From Spirochaetia bacterium (GTDB lineage: Bacteria > Spirochaetota > Spirochaetia > DSM-27196 > Salinispiraceae): a stretch of 64,000 nt of DNA. The stretch is from NCBI GenBank assembly GCA_038204425.1, contig JBBRCZ010000014.1, positions 14,080-78,079 on the forward strand, in the 5' to 3' direction. A model generated the notes under the pieces. It searched no databases, had not been told where the DNA came from, and saw only the letters and a program-made list of their open reading frames with translations. The stretch's first letter is position 1. Every line of letters starts with the position of its first letter. The translations under genes and the position numbers were made by a program. Positions 1 through 9,127 of this stretch are shown in pieces.

Positions 1-2
1 GT

Positions 3-170
3 TCAGTAAATCCAGCTAGTCGAGCCCGCGGCAAAAACCGCCAAAACGCACCTGCCGCTGCTGTCAAAAAGGCAGAAGCGGAGGCTCGTGAGGCCCGCAA
101 GCGTCGCGAGCAAGCCGCCCGCGAACAAGAAAAACAGCGCAAAGAAGACGGGGCACGAGAGAAAAAATAA
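3..170 (+). CDS. 3' end of a CDS entering the window; charged helical C-terminus (...AAVKKAEAEAREARKRREQAAREQEKQRKEDGAREKK*)
   Basis: Open frame from position 3 to TAA at 168-170, followed by a strong hairpin. Confidence 0.6.
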   Translation, partial: SVNPASRARGKNRQNAPAAAVKKAEAEAREARKRREQAAREQEKQRKEDGAREKK

Positions 171-204
171 GCAAAGATTGCGTGCATGTGCATGGACAAG
201 CCAT

Positions 205-237
205 GAGAGGCTGATTTGTTGAGCAAATCAGCCTCTC
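205..237. terminator. Hairpin between convergent genes, probable terminator
   Basis: Perfect 14-bp arms GAGAGGCTGATTTG / CAAATCAGCCTCTC with 5-nt loop. Confidence 0.75.
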
Positions 238-245
238 GGTCGGCT

Positions 246-2876
246 TTAATAGGCAAACCGTAGCATTGTTGCACGACTAAGCACCATAAAAAAAATATAG
301 TGGTCTGGCACTGGCCCAGTAGTGATTGAGAGTGCGGAGGGGTAGCTGACCGTACCATTGTAATACTGAAGTCCCCCTACCATAAGGGTGTTGTTAGAGC
401 TCACTTCTACCGAGCCAAACTCGGTTGGTGTATTTGAGCTAGAGGCAATACGGGCCCAGACTGCAACATTGGATATATTGTATCTGACCACAATGCCATT
501 GTTGCCAGTGTTTGCGCCTGGAGTCGCGGTAATACTAGTGCGAAAGTTGACCAATCCAGCTCCGGAGACATACCCCACTACAAAGACATCACCAGAGGTT
601 CCGTTGATAATGTTAGTATAGCGTGAGTTTTTGTTGGCATGGATGGGACTACTTGCAAACAACGCGGTCCCGCTACTATTAAACCTTACTACCAACCCAG
701 TTGAAGTTGAACTACTATTGCCCAAACTTTCAGTATCGCTGCCCCCCCAATACAAAGGGCCACTGCCTGTGCGGTAACCGACGACATACACATCGCCAGC
801 AATAGACAGCGCCAGAAAATTTGAATTGTTTGCACTAGCCCCCCCGGTACTTGATCTTGCCCAGAGAGTGCCCAAAGTAGTAGCGTCAAATTTCACAACG
901 ATGCCGTTATTATTGGTACCAACCCCATCAACATAGACATTGTTGCCCCATAAAATACTACCACCCGGCTGACTACCGGCTGCGTAGAGGTTGCCCGATG
1001 CATCACAAGCGAGGTCGTTTACCACCGTACCTGTCGAAGTCTTTTTGATGGCGCTAGTAAGTGAGCCTATGTCTGAGTAGGTCAATAAGACTGTGCCGTA
1101 TCCGTTAATTTGAGTGCCGTTGTACGTAGAGGTGTTGGCCTGGTTTGCTGCTACATAGATATTACTGCCAAATACGGCAACTGCGGTAATCGAAGTTGGG
1201 TTAGCTGAGATGTTGGCATGACGCACCCATTGGGCAACGCCGGAGGGGTTTAATTTAAGAAGGAAGCCAGTGCTTGAGGACACACTGGTAAACGAAACCC
1301 CATTGCCAAAATCTGCGTTGGTAGCCGTCGAATTGACGTTGCCAACCATATAAATGTTACCTAAGCCATCGAGAGCTACACGTTTAAAACTAAGCCCATC
1401 AATTAATGGCCAAATGTTCCTAATCAGCGTAGTGCCACCGGGGCTAACCTTGCTAGCACCCCAAGCTGTGAGAAAAACTACATTGCCAGCGGCGTCTTTG
1501 GCGCTGTCAACCACCTTTGGCGAAAAGTCTTCGTTAACCCAATAAAGTTGTTGCCACACCGCATAGAGCGTGGTAGAGGAAGCCGGCACGGTAAAGCTGC
1601 TATTGGCAGCGTAGGATGTGCCTGTACCGGCGGGGGTAGTGTTCCAGCCAACAAACAACCAACCTGCGCGGCTAATTGTTGCAACGGGTATGGTGTAGCT
1701 GGTGCCAAAGTCAAGGTTCTGGGGGCTTGGCACAGCGCCAGTTGTGCCGTCAGTGGTGTTTTTGTTAAAAGTTAGATTGTACTTGTTGGGTGTCCATTTG
1801 GCGTAGAGCACACGCGAACCACCTATGGCGTCACTAATAAAGTTCCACTTGTCTGTTAGGGCTTCGTCCTTGTACCAGCCCTCAAGACTATTGCCTGTTT
1901 TGCTTGGTGGACTTGGTGCTGATATAGTGGCACCCCAAACAAGGCCAGTGCTATTTGCAATAGCTGAGCCACCGTTACTATTCCAAGTGACCGTGTAATG
2001 GATCACAAAGCTTGCCTCTGACGGTGTCAGTGGGCTAGTCCATTGCTCTCGATAGGCTTGGGAGCGAATGGTTAGGTTGCGATCAACCTCAATTGGGTCA
2101 GTATATAAGGTGCTGTTGACATTAGGATCAGAACCGTTGGTGGTATAACGTAGAGTAACTCCCGAAGTATTGCACAGGATACTCACTAACTGTATGCCTT
2201 GGTGGATACCTGCTGAAGGAGAGAAATACGGTGGAGCAACCGTGCCACGGATACCGTAGATAGCACTGGCAATCGGTGAAGTGGCCCAACCCTCGCGCAC
2301 TGCAATAGCCTGTAAGGTTATGCTAGACAGTACCGGTACTGGATCGGTGTATACGGTGCCATTACCAGCACTTGGAGCTGTATTGTCGGTAGTGTAGTAG
2401 ATTGTGGCATAAGGGTCACTACAGCTTATGGTTGCCACCCGGGTAGATGAATAGTCATAATCGCCGGTGCTTAAGCCAAAACTTGGTGCGCTTACTATGC
2501 CGGTAATGGTGTAGTTGGCGCTAACTATATCTGATTCTTTAAGCCCCGTTTTGAATGCCCGCGCCTTGAGAAGCAAGGAGCTTGCAACCACAATCGGTAC
2601 TCCCTGGTAAACGGAACCATAGCCGGCTCGCGGCTCGGTGCCGTCAATAGTGTAGCGGATTTCAGCATTAGCTAGTGATGACGAAATTGATACGTTTTGG
2701 CTCGTGATGTAGCTACCGTTAGCCACGCTAATTACTGGGTTGGGCACCACTCCTCGGGCGCCCGACTGGGTTAGCACTGTTTCAATAGCGTCGCCGCACG
2801 AAACAAAAAATAAGCAGGTCAGCGCCGTCAAACTCAGAAAAATTGCCCGACTAAAAAAACTAAGTGCAGATTTCAT
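246..2876 (-). CDS. Surface lipoprotein/adhesin-like protein: 3x chitobiase/Fn3-associated (CHB_HEX_C) domains, 2x InlB B-repeat (Flg_new) domains, C-terminal beta-propeller
   Basis: Lipobox-like LFFVSC; three (I/L)xYTxDGxxP...Y..P motifs; two YTVTWNSNGG...GWY...LYAKW-type repeats; DxxGNxY propeller repeats; AAGGAG 9 nt before ATG at 2876. Confidence 0.75.
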   Translation of the reverse strand: MKSALSFFSRAIFLSLTALTCLFFVSCGDAIETVLTQSGARGVVPNPVISVANGSYITSQNVSISSSLANAEIRYTIDGTEPRAGYGSVYQGVPIVVASSLLLKARAFKTGLKESDIVSANYTITGIVSAPSFGLSTGDYDYSSTRVATISCSDPYATIYYTTDNTAPSAGNGTVYTDPVPVLSSITLQAIAVREGWATSPIASAIYGIRGTVAPPYFSPSAGIHQGIQLVSILCNTSGVTLRYTTNGSDPNVNSTLYTDPIEVDRNLTIRSQAYREQWTSPLTPSEASFVIHYTVTWNSNGGSAIANSTGLVWGATISAPSPPSKTGNSLEGWYKDEALTDKWNFISDAIGGSRVLYAKWTPNKYNLTFNKNTTDGTTGAVPSPQNLDFGTSYTIPVATISRAGWLFVGWNTTPAGTGTSYAANSSFTVPASSTTLYAVWQQLYWVNEDFSPKVVDSAKDAAGNVVFLTAWGASKVSPGGTTLIRNIWPLIDGLSFKRVALDGLGNIYMVGNVNSTATNADFGNGVSFTSVSSSTGFLLKLNPSGVAQWVRHANISANPTSITAVAVFGSNIYVAANQANTSTYNGTQINGYGTVLLTYSDIGSLTSAIKKTSTGTVVNDLACDASGNLYAAGSQPGGSILWGNNVYVDGVGTNNNGIVVKFDATTLGTLWARSSTGGASANNSNFLALSIAGDVYVVGYRTGSGPLYWGGSDTESLGNSSSTSTGLVVRFNSSGTALFASSPIHANKNSRYTNIINGTSGDVFVVGYVSGAGLVNFRTSITATPGANTGNNGIVVRYNISNVAVWARIASSSNTPTEFGSVEVSSNNTLMVGGLQYYNGTVSYPSALSITTGPVPDHYIFFMVLSRATMLRFAY

Positions 2877-2892
2877 GTGATGATGCTCCTTA

Positions 2893-3981
2893 TCACTTTT
2901 CTTCAAGGGTGAGTACTACTTCCAGACGTCTATTCTTACGACGGCCTTCTTCGCTAGTATTATCAGCTAAAGGGTTTGCCTTACCCATACCAGTGGCCGG
3001 AATGGCTTGCCATTGAGGAGCAAGGTTGCGAACCAAAAAAGCTCGCACTTGTTCAGCCCTTGCCTGCGACAGAACTATATCATTGCGCGTCTCGCCGTCA
3101 TCGGCCACATAGCCCAAGACTTCAATTGACTTTATGCCAGGTACCGCCAATAGGTAGTTGACTACTGCTGGGAGCTGCATTTCCATACGCGACTTAAACT
3201 GTGGCTCGTTGGCTACAAAACTGTCTTGCAAAATAACGCGCGTGAGGTTGCGGTTGCGAATCACATTGATGTTGTCAAATCTCATGAGTTGTTCAAATGC
3301 CAAATCCTGCGGACTTCTGTCGAGCCGTTGGATAATGGTTGTTTCTTTTTCCAAACGCTCGGTTGTTTGATTTTGCACCACTATAGCTGGGGCTGCTTCT
3401 TTTTCTTCAAACGCCCTAAACCCCATACCCAATCCAATTACAAAGCTATGATAGGCCTTGGTCTGTTCGGCCATCACGCGCCAATTAAGGTCGAGCACCA
3501 GATCAACGCCTGTTTCTTTGTCCAAGGACAAACGCGTGCGTAGTCCAGAAAGAATGAGAAAATCGAGTGTGGAAACGGAAGATCCCTCCTCCGCACCATC
3601 CGACGGAGCGACAGCAGCGTTAACTAACGTGCCGCCCAAAGCCGCATGGGGGCTGAGTATAAGCTCGGGGACTAGCGCTATTTTCCAATTTACGCCCAGA
3701 GCAATATCAAGATTGGTAAAGTGTTGAAGTTCGGCCACAGCGGGGGACCAAGCATTAAAGCCCAAGGAAAACTCAAGACCAAGGCCACTCTTGCCAATTC
3801 CGGCCAGCTCAGCACTTAGGCTTGCAGCAAACCCCACGGGACTTATTTTGACCAGCTCCGCATCAGGAATTACCACTTGCACCGAAGGGTTGAGCCAGAG
3901 TTCGACTGCAAACATGGTAGGTGTAGTAAAAAGGGCACTGGCGAGCAATACAAAGAAAAAGCGGCATCGACACATCATCAA
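2893..3981 (-). CDS. OmpA-family protein (N-terminal beta-barrel-like region, C-terminal peptidoglycan-binding domain)
   Basis: Signal peptide; C-terminal motifs LSQARAEQV, GMGKANPLADN...GRRKNRRLEV. Confidence 0.85.
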   Translation of the reverse strand: MMMCRCRFFFVLLASALFTTPTMFAVELWLNPSVQVVIPDAELVKISPVGFAASLSAELAGIGKSGLGLEFSLGFNAWSPAVAELQHFTNLDIALGVNWKIALVPELILSPHAALGGTLVNAAVAPSDGAEEGSSVSTLDFLILSGLRTRLSLDKETGVDLVLDLNWRVMAEQTKAYHSFVIGLGMGFRAFEEKEAAPAIVVQNQTTERLEKETTIIQRLDRSPQDLAFEQLMRFDNINVIRNRNLTRVILQDSFVANEPQFKSRMEMQLPAVVNYLLAVPGIKSIEVLGYVADDGETRNDIVLSQARAEQVRAFLVRNLAPQWQAIPATGMGKANPLADNTSEEGRRKNRRLEVVLTLEEK

Positions 3982-4077
3982 AACCTCTCAAAAATAAGCT
4001 TTGCACGGTAACGTGCGCAAACATTCGTCAAATTGATAGTAAGCATGATGAATTTCGCCAACGGCGATGCGTTAGGC

Positions 4078-4106
4078 AGAATAGTTCGTTTTTAACAGTA
4101 CGTCAA
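4078..4106 (-). promoter_or_regulatory. sigma70-type promoter for the ompA-lipoprotein operon
   Basis: Minus strand TTGACG-17 bp-TATTCT. Confidence 0.5.
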
Positions 4107-4110
4107 GCAA

Positions 4111-5607
4111 CTAGGCCGTCTCCACTCGGTTTCGACCGCTTTCCTTGGCTTTGTAGAGTGCTTTGTCTGACCTCTGCAGCAAAGTCTCCGGCTTGTCTTT
4201 GCTGGTGTAGCAGGCCAGTCCAATACTTATAGTGACCTTACTTGTTGGTAAAAAATGACTGATTTGGACATTGTAGCGGATTTTTTCGGCCAGTTCTAGG
4301 CCGGCTTTCTTGTCACAAAAAGGCGAAATAACCAAAAACTCCTCGCCACCCAAGCGACCAAAAAAATCAGTTTCTCTAATAGTTTGTTTGGTGCGTTCGG
4401 CTAGTTTAACCAAAACTTGATCGCCGGCTGCATGTCCTTCGGTATCGTTGATCTGCTTAAAGTGGTCAATATCAATCATCATCACCACAAAGTCGTAGCG
4501 GTAACGCTTGCTGCGTCTAAATTCGTCGTCCAAGATCTTCTCGAGATGGCGACGGTTGGAAATCCCAGTAAGTGGGTCAGTCAGCGTCAAGTGCTCGAGT
4601 TTGGTGTTGAGGCGCTCGAGTTTTGCAACATTGGAAATCGTACTGGCCACCATGCCAGCAATTGCCAGTGCCACGTTGTTAATCTCGTGTTTGTTGTCGG
4701 CAAAACTGTCCCGACAAGCTGCTTCAAGTTCTTGGTAGCTTTGACCACCTTGAGTAAAACGCTCTACCACGCCAACCAAGCGTCGATAGGGTCTCAAGTG
4801 AAACTGCAAGAGTAGCGTCAGTGCCAGTGGCAGCAGAACAAGTCCAACCAAAGTGATGATCAACATCGAGCCCTGCAAGTTTTGTAAGCGTTGATTGAGT
4901 GGATCCGGGGGAACCAATAATTCAAACGATGCTGGAAGACTTTGTTCACTCAAAAGATCTTTGTGCAAAGTAGTGAGTACTTGACCCTTGATAGAAACTT
5001 GGTGGTGGCTGCTGACCACGCCACCTTTTTTGTCACGGTAGGTGACCACAATGCTGGTATCGGCCACGAGTTCGTCAAAGATCTCACTGGTGATGGGAAG
5101 TGCGATGACCGCTATGCCAATTACTGCGCCCCGCTGGTCTTTTATGAGCGATGTTTTGACAAAGCTCAAAACACTATCAACGTAACTTATACCTTTAAAA
5201 CTTCCTTCTCTAAAACTTTGCAATACAAAACTCTGGTCCAACAAGACATCACCGACAAGAAACTCTTCTCGAGACCGTGCCAAAACGACAGCCTTATTGT
5301 CGGCTATCAGCACCATCATGCGCTTTTTGTTAGAAAATATGGTAGCCCAGTCGTAAAGCTCGGCTAGGTTGCGTTTTTGGATTGCTACACCGACTGGCCT
5401 CAGTTCGCGCATCAGTTCCGAGCGCTCATCGAGGTCCCGCAACAGCTCTTTAAATCGTGCTTCAAAAAGTTGCACCTTGAGTTCGGAGTCATGTTCTCTG
5501 CTTTGATCGGCAGTGCCAATCAGCTGGTCGATTTGCACAAGGATAAGAACAAACGACAAAAGTAACGGCACCAAAGAGGTGATAAGTATTTTGGGTAGTA
5601 GTTTCAT
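4111..5607 (-). CDS. Membrane-bound diguanylate cyclase (periplasmic sensor, GGDEF domain)
   Basis: Two TM segments; TDPLTGISNRR, DIDHFKQINDTEGHAAGD, RLGGEEF, DKALYKAKESGRN. Confidence 0.92.
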   Translation of the reverse strand: MKLLPKILITSLVPLLLSFVLILVQIDQLIGTADQSREHDSELKVQLFEARFKELLRDLDERSELMRELRPVGVAIQKRNLAELYDWATIFSNKKRMMVLIADNKAVVLARSREEFLVGDVLLDQSFVLQSFREGSFKGISYVDSVLSFVKTSLIKDQRGAVIGIAVIALPITSEIFDELVADTSIVVTYRDKKGGVVSSHHQVSIKGQVLTTLHKDLLSEQSLPASFELLVPPDPLNQRLQNLQGSMLIITLVGLVLLPLALTLLLQFHLRPYRRLVGVVERFTQGGQSYQELEAACRDSFADNKHEINNVALAIAGMVASTISNVAKLERLNTKLEHLTLTDPLTGISNRRHLEKILDDEFRRSKRYRYDFVVMMIDIDHFKQINDTEGHAAGDQVLVKLAERTKQTIRETDFFGRLGGEEFLVISPFCDKKAGLELAEKIRYNVQISHFLPTSKVTISIGLACYTSKDKPETLLQRSDKALYKAKESGRNRVETA

Positions 5608-5693
5608 AAGTGATCAGCCATCTACTTTAATTTAAGCATACAGCCTCAAAAAACCAACCACAACTGCCATCTAAATTAAGTATTTTTTGCAGA

Positions 5694-7013
5694 TCAACGG
5701 CTCAGCCTGACTATGGTTTCTACGTGCGAGCTGTGCGGAAACATGTCCACTGGCTGGCAGTAGCCAATCCTATAACCAGCCTTGAGCAAAACTTTGAGAT
5801 CGCGGGCCAAAGATGAGGGCGAACATGAAACATAGACGATTTGCTCTGCATGCAATCGCACTAGTTCCGACAGTAGCTCTTCTTGGCAGCCAGAGCGTGG
5901 TGGATCAAGTACAATGCTATCAAATTCTGCCAGTGCAAATCTTTTGAGCCCATTGGCTACGTCATCGCAGATAAAACTGCAATTGTTGGTCTGGTTGAGT
6001 GCGGCATTTTTGACTGCGGCAGCTACTGAGCCTGGATTGTTTTCTATGCCCACCACTTTGGCGCAATGTTGGGCCAGCGCAATACTAAAAAAACCGACGC
6101 CGCTGTACAAGTCAAGTACCGTTTGAGCGCGGCCAAGTTTTAGACTTTTGACGACCAGGTCAAGCAAGATCTTTGACTGTTGGGCATTGGTTTGGAAAAA
6201 ACCGTTTAGTGGGATCTGAAACTGCAGATCGCCACAGACCTCGGTAAGAAACTCTTGCCCTGCCACAATTCGGTAGTCATCGCGTAAGCTTGCGCCGATA
6301 CCCACTACCGACGGGTTGTGGCTGCGAATATTGTCTGCAAAATCCTTTAGGTTCTGATTAAAACTTCTGACAAAAAAGTGTATACCAAGTTGCTGAGCAT
6401 GATTACTGCGCACATGAATCTGCTCTATCTCGGTCGGAATTTTTTTACTGCGCAGCCATCGCCAGATGTCTTGATTGGCTTCTGACTCTACTCGGCAACG
6501 ACTAGGGCTTACGGCCAGATCGTTAAATTCTTGCATAAAAAACAATTTGCCATTGACGTTTTTGAGCGAAATTTTGTTGCGAAAGCCTTCCAACTTGTCT
6601 GCAGCAATACATTGGTTAACTTTGACATCTTGTTGGCAGCGTTGCACCAGCAGCTCGCGCACCAAACGCGTCTTCCACAAAACTTGCTTGCTATAGTTAA
6701 AGTGCAGCCACTGGCATCCGCCGCAGCCTGAGTCAAACGCGGCGCACTGAGACTCGACGCGATCCGGCGATTGATGTTTGAGTTTTTGCAAGATGCCATA
6801 AACATAGCGTGGTGACACCGCTGGTATGCTGTATTCTACCGTGTCGCCGGGGAGTGTTCGCGCTATTTTGACAACTTGTTCGCGATGCTTAATAACGCCG
6901 TCGCCAAATTCATTGAGTGCGCTTACTTGGCCGACCAGATTTAGAACCTTTTCGCCTTGGCTGCGCTTTACTGTTGTCTGTTTTGCCATAACCTGCCTAT
7001 TAGGCCCAATCAT
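5694..7013 (-). CDS. rlmD: 23S rRNA (uracil-C5)-methyltransferase RlmD/TrmA family
   Basis: Fe-S motif C..CGGC, FFQTN, LDLYSGVG, LDPPRSG, YVSC, DMFPHSSHVE. Confidence 0.88.
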   Translation of the reverse strand: MIGPNRQVMAKQTTVKRSQGEKVLNLVGQVSALNEFGDGVIKHREQVVKIARTLPGDTVEYSIPAVSPRYVYGILQKLKHQSPDRVESQCAAFDSGCGGCQWLHFNYSKQVLWKTRLVRELLVQRCQQDVKVNQCIAADKLEGFRNKISLKNVNGKLFFMQEFNDLAVSPSRCRVESEANQDIWRWLRSKKIPTEIEQIHVRSNHAQQLGIHFFVRSFNQNLKDFADNIRSHNPSVVGIGASLRDDYRIVAGQEFLTEVCGDLQFQIPLNGFFQTNAQQSKILLDLVVKSLKLGRAQTVLDLYSGVGFFSIALAQHCAKVVGIENNPGSVAAAVKNAALNQTNNCSFICDDVANGLKRFALAEFDSIVLDPPRSGCQEELLSELVRLHAEQIVYVSCSPSSLARDLKVLLKAGYRIGYCQPVDMFPHSSHVETIVRLSR

Positions 7014-7132
7014 AGCAGTTTGAGCCAGTTTTTGTCAGGACTTGAGATTTGTCGGCGCATATCCTATCTTATTGATACTCGATTAACTCACTTAGGGTTG
7101 TCTTGTAGTCACTAAAGTTTAGGAGTCACTGC

Positions 7133-8368
7133 ATGTCCCATGGAAAAGTCACCGAAATACTACATTATGATCACTTGCAAGGTGCAGAATATGGTTCGTC
7201 CCACAAAGCAACCTTTACCGGCGTAGCCTTTGGCTATCAGAAGGCGCAGGACTTGGCTGCCGTTTTTCAAGGTGCCAAGACTGGTTTTGCTTACAGTCGA
7301 CAAAACAGCCCAACAGTAGGCAATCTAGAAGGTAAAATTACTGCCCTTGAGGGTGGAGTGGCCAGTCTCTGCTTTGCGACTGGCATGGCCGCCATTGGCT
7401 CCATGATTTTTGCCCTGCTCAAACGCGGGGATCACCTGATCTCGAGTCGCTTTTTGTTTGGCAATACCGTGAGTCTGCTCAAGACCTTTGAAAATTTTGG
7501 ATTGGAAGTAACCTTGGTTGACGCAACCGACTTGGCAGCCTGCGAGCAAGCGCTCAAACCTGAGACCAAGATGGTGCTGCTTGAGACCATCGGTAACCCC
7601 GTAACACAGATCGCCGATCTGGAGGGGATAGGGCAGTTTTGTAAAAAAAATAACTTGATTTACGTGGTCGACAACACCATGACTTCTAGTGCTTCTTTCT
7701 TACCAAAGACTGTTGGGGCAAGCTTTTCTATGCAGTCACTTACCAAGTATCTGTCTGGCCACGGAGACAGTCTTGGCGGCGTCTTAACCGATCTGGGCAC
7801 CTACGACTGGACGAGTTTTGACGGCATCAATCCCGCCTATCGTACGGCGCCGCCTGCATCCCAAGCCCTGTTGCAAATCAGGCGCAAAGGTCTGCGCGAC
7901 TTTGGTGCCACACTTTCGCCTGAGAATGCTCACCGCATCAGCGTTGGCATGGAAACCCTGTTTCTACGCTACGAACGATCCTGCCACAACGCTATGGCGC
8001 TGGCAACATTTTTGGCTGGCCAAGCCAGCATCAAAAAAGTCTATTATCCTGGTCTCAGCGACCATCCGCAGCACCAGCGATCTGCGCGCTTGTTTTGTCA
8101 TCACGGAGCCTTGCTTTCCTTTGAACTTGCCGATCAAGACAGTGCCATGGAGCTACTCAATCGTCTAAAGCTTGTCATTATTTCTACCAATTTGGGCGAC
8201 ACACGGACGCTTGCCTTAACGGTTGCCAACACAATCTTCTACGAAAGTGGAGCCGAGCTACGTAAAGAAATGGGCATTGCAGACGGTCTTATCCGAGTTT
8301 CGGTCGGCATTGAAGACGTAAAAGACGTAATCGAAGACTTTTCTCAGGCCCTATCGCTCAGTCTGTAA
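7133..8368 (+). CDS. PLP-dependent Cys/Met metabolism enzyme (cystathionine gamma-synthase / O-acylhomoserine sulfhydrylase family)
   Basis: YSRQNSPT, FATGMAAI, ETIGNP, VDNT, SLTKYLSGHGD (PLP lysine), LIRVSVGIED. Confidence 0.9.
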   Translation: MSHGKVTEILHYDHLQGAEYGSSHKATFTGVAFGYQKAQDLAAVFQGAKTGFAYSRQNSPTVGNLEGKITALEGGVASLCFATGMAAIGSMIFALLKRGDHLISSRFLFGNTVSLLKTFENFGLEVTLVDATDLAACEQALKPETKMVLLETIGNPVTQIADLEGIGQFCKKNNLIYVVDNTMTSSASFLPKTVGASFSMQSLTKYLSGHGDSLGGVLTDLGTYDWTSFDGINPAYRTAPPASQALLQIRRKGLRDFGATLSPENAHRISVGMETLFLRYERSCHNAMALATFLAGQASIKKVYYPGLSDHPQHQRSARLFCHHGALLSFELADQDSAMELLNRLKLVIISTNLGDTRTLALTVANTIFYESGAELRKEMGIADGLIRVSVGIEDVKDVIEDFSQALSLSL

Positions 8369-8681
8369 AAGGACACTTGACCACTAGCTAAGCGAGTATG
8401 AGACCAAACAGCGCCCAATCCATTAGCTATATTTGGAACCTAAATCACTACAAGGAAGTGATAGCCAAGAGTTTTTCTATGCTTGAAGAGTCGCTTAATC
8501 GAGTTGTTATTTCTGGCTACAAAGAAGAGCGTTTGGACTTCCAAGAGCAACCGAAACACTGTGTGCAACGCGGCGGGCGTAGTTTTAATGTGGTTTGTGA
8601 TCAAAAGACAGTCCTCACGGCAACCATCACCAGCAACAAGACAATTGAAAGAGCCGGTAGTGCAGCCGAGGGTTCATTCTG

Positions 8682-9107
8682 ATGGCCGAAGACAAGATCA
8701 GACACGGCATTTTTGAAGGACTTCGCGTCTACGACGGCGAGATTTTTCGTCTTTCTGCCCACCTCAAACGACTGTATCAAGGCGCGCGTTCGCTGCTTTT
8801 AAATAGAGACTAGCAGAGCGGCGTACCCGTTATAACCAGCGTTATGCGCCGCAACCTCAACAACATAATGGCCAAAATTCAAGCCAGGCAAGCCGGTGCC
8901 CAAGAAGCACTTTTTCTCAGTAACGAGGGCTACGTGGCCGAATGCACGGGCGACAATATAGTAGTGGTAAAAGACGGCCAACTTATGGTGCCAGTCTCAA
9001 ACCTTGATGTTCGCACGTACACGGTACACGGCCCCATCTTTGCTCATCTGCAGCAAGCATTTGGCACTGCAATTATTAACGATAAAGCCTGGTGGGCGGG
9101 GGTATAG
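8682..9107 (+). pseudogene. ilvE: Relic of a branched-chain amino acid aminotransferase (class IV), with an internal stop and several deletions
   Basis: One frame gives GIFEGLRVYDGEIFRLSAHLKRLY, then TAG at 8811-8813, then LNNIMAKIQARQAGAQEALFLSNEGYVAECTGDNI; the PLP-lysine region and LxGITR are absent. Confidence 0.75.
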
Positions 9108-9127
9108 CGGGTGGATGGCCACAATAA

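Noticed and set aside
3982..4110. c-di-GMP riboswitch between the cyclase and ompA
   Set aside because: Only short hairpins; no GEMM-type consensus visible.
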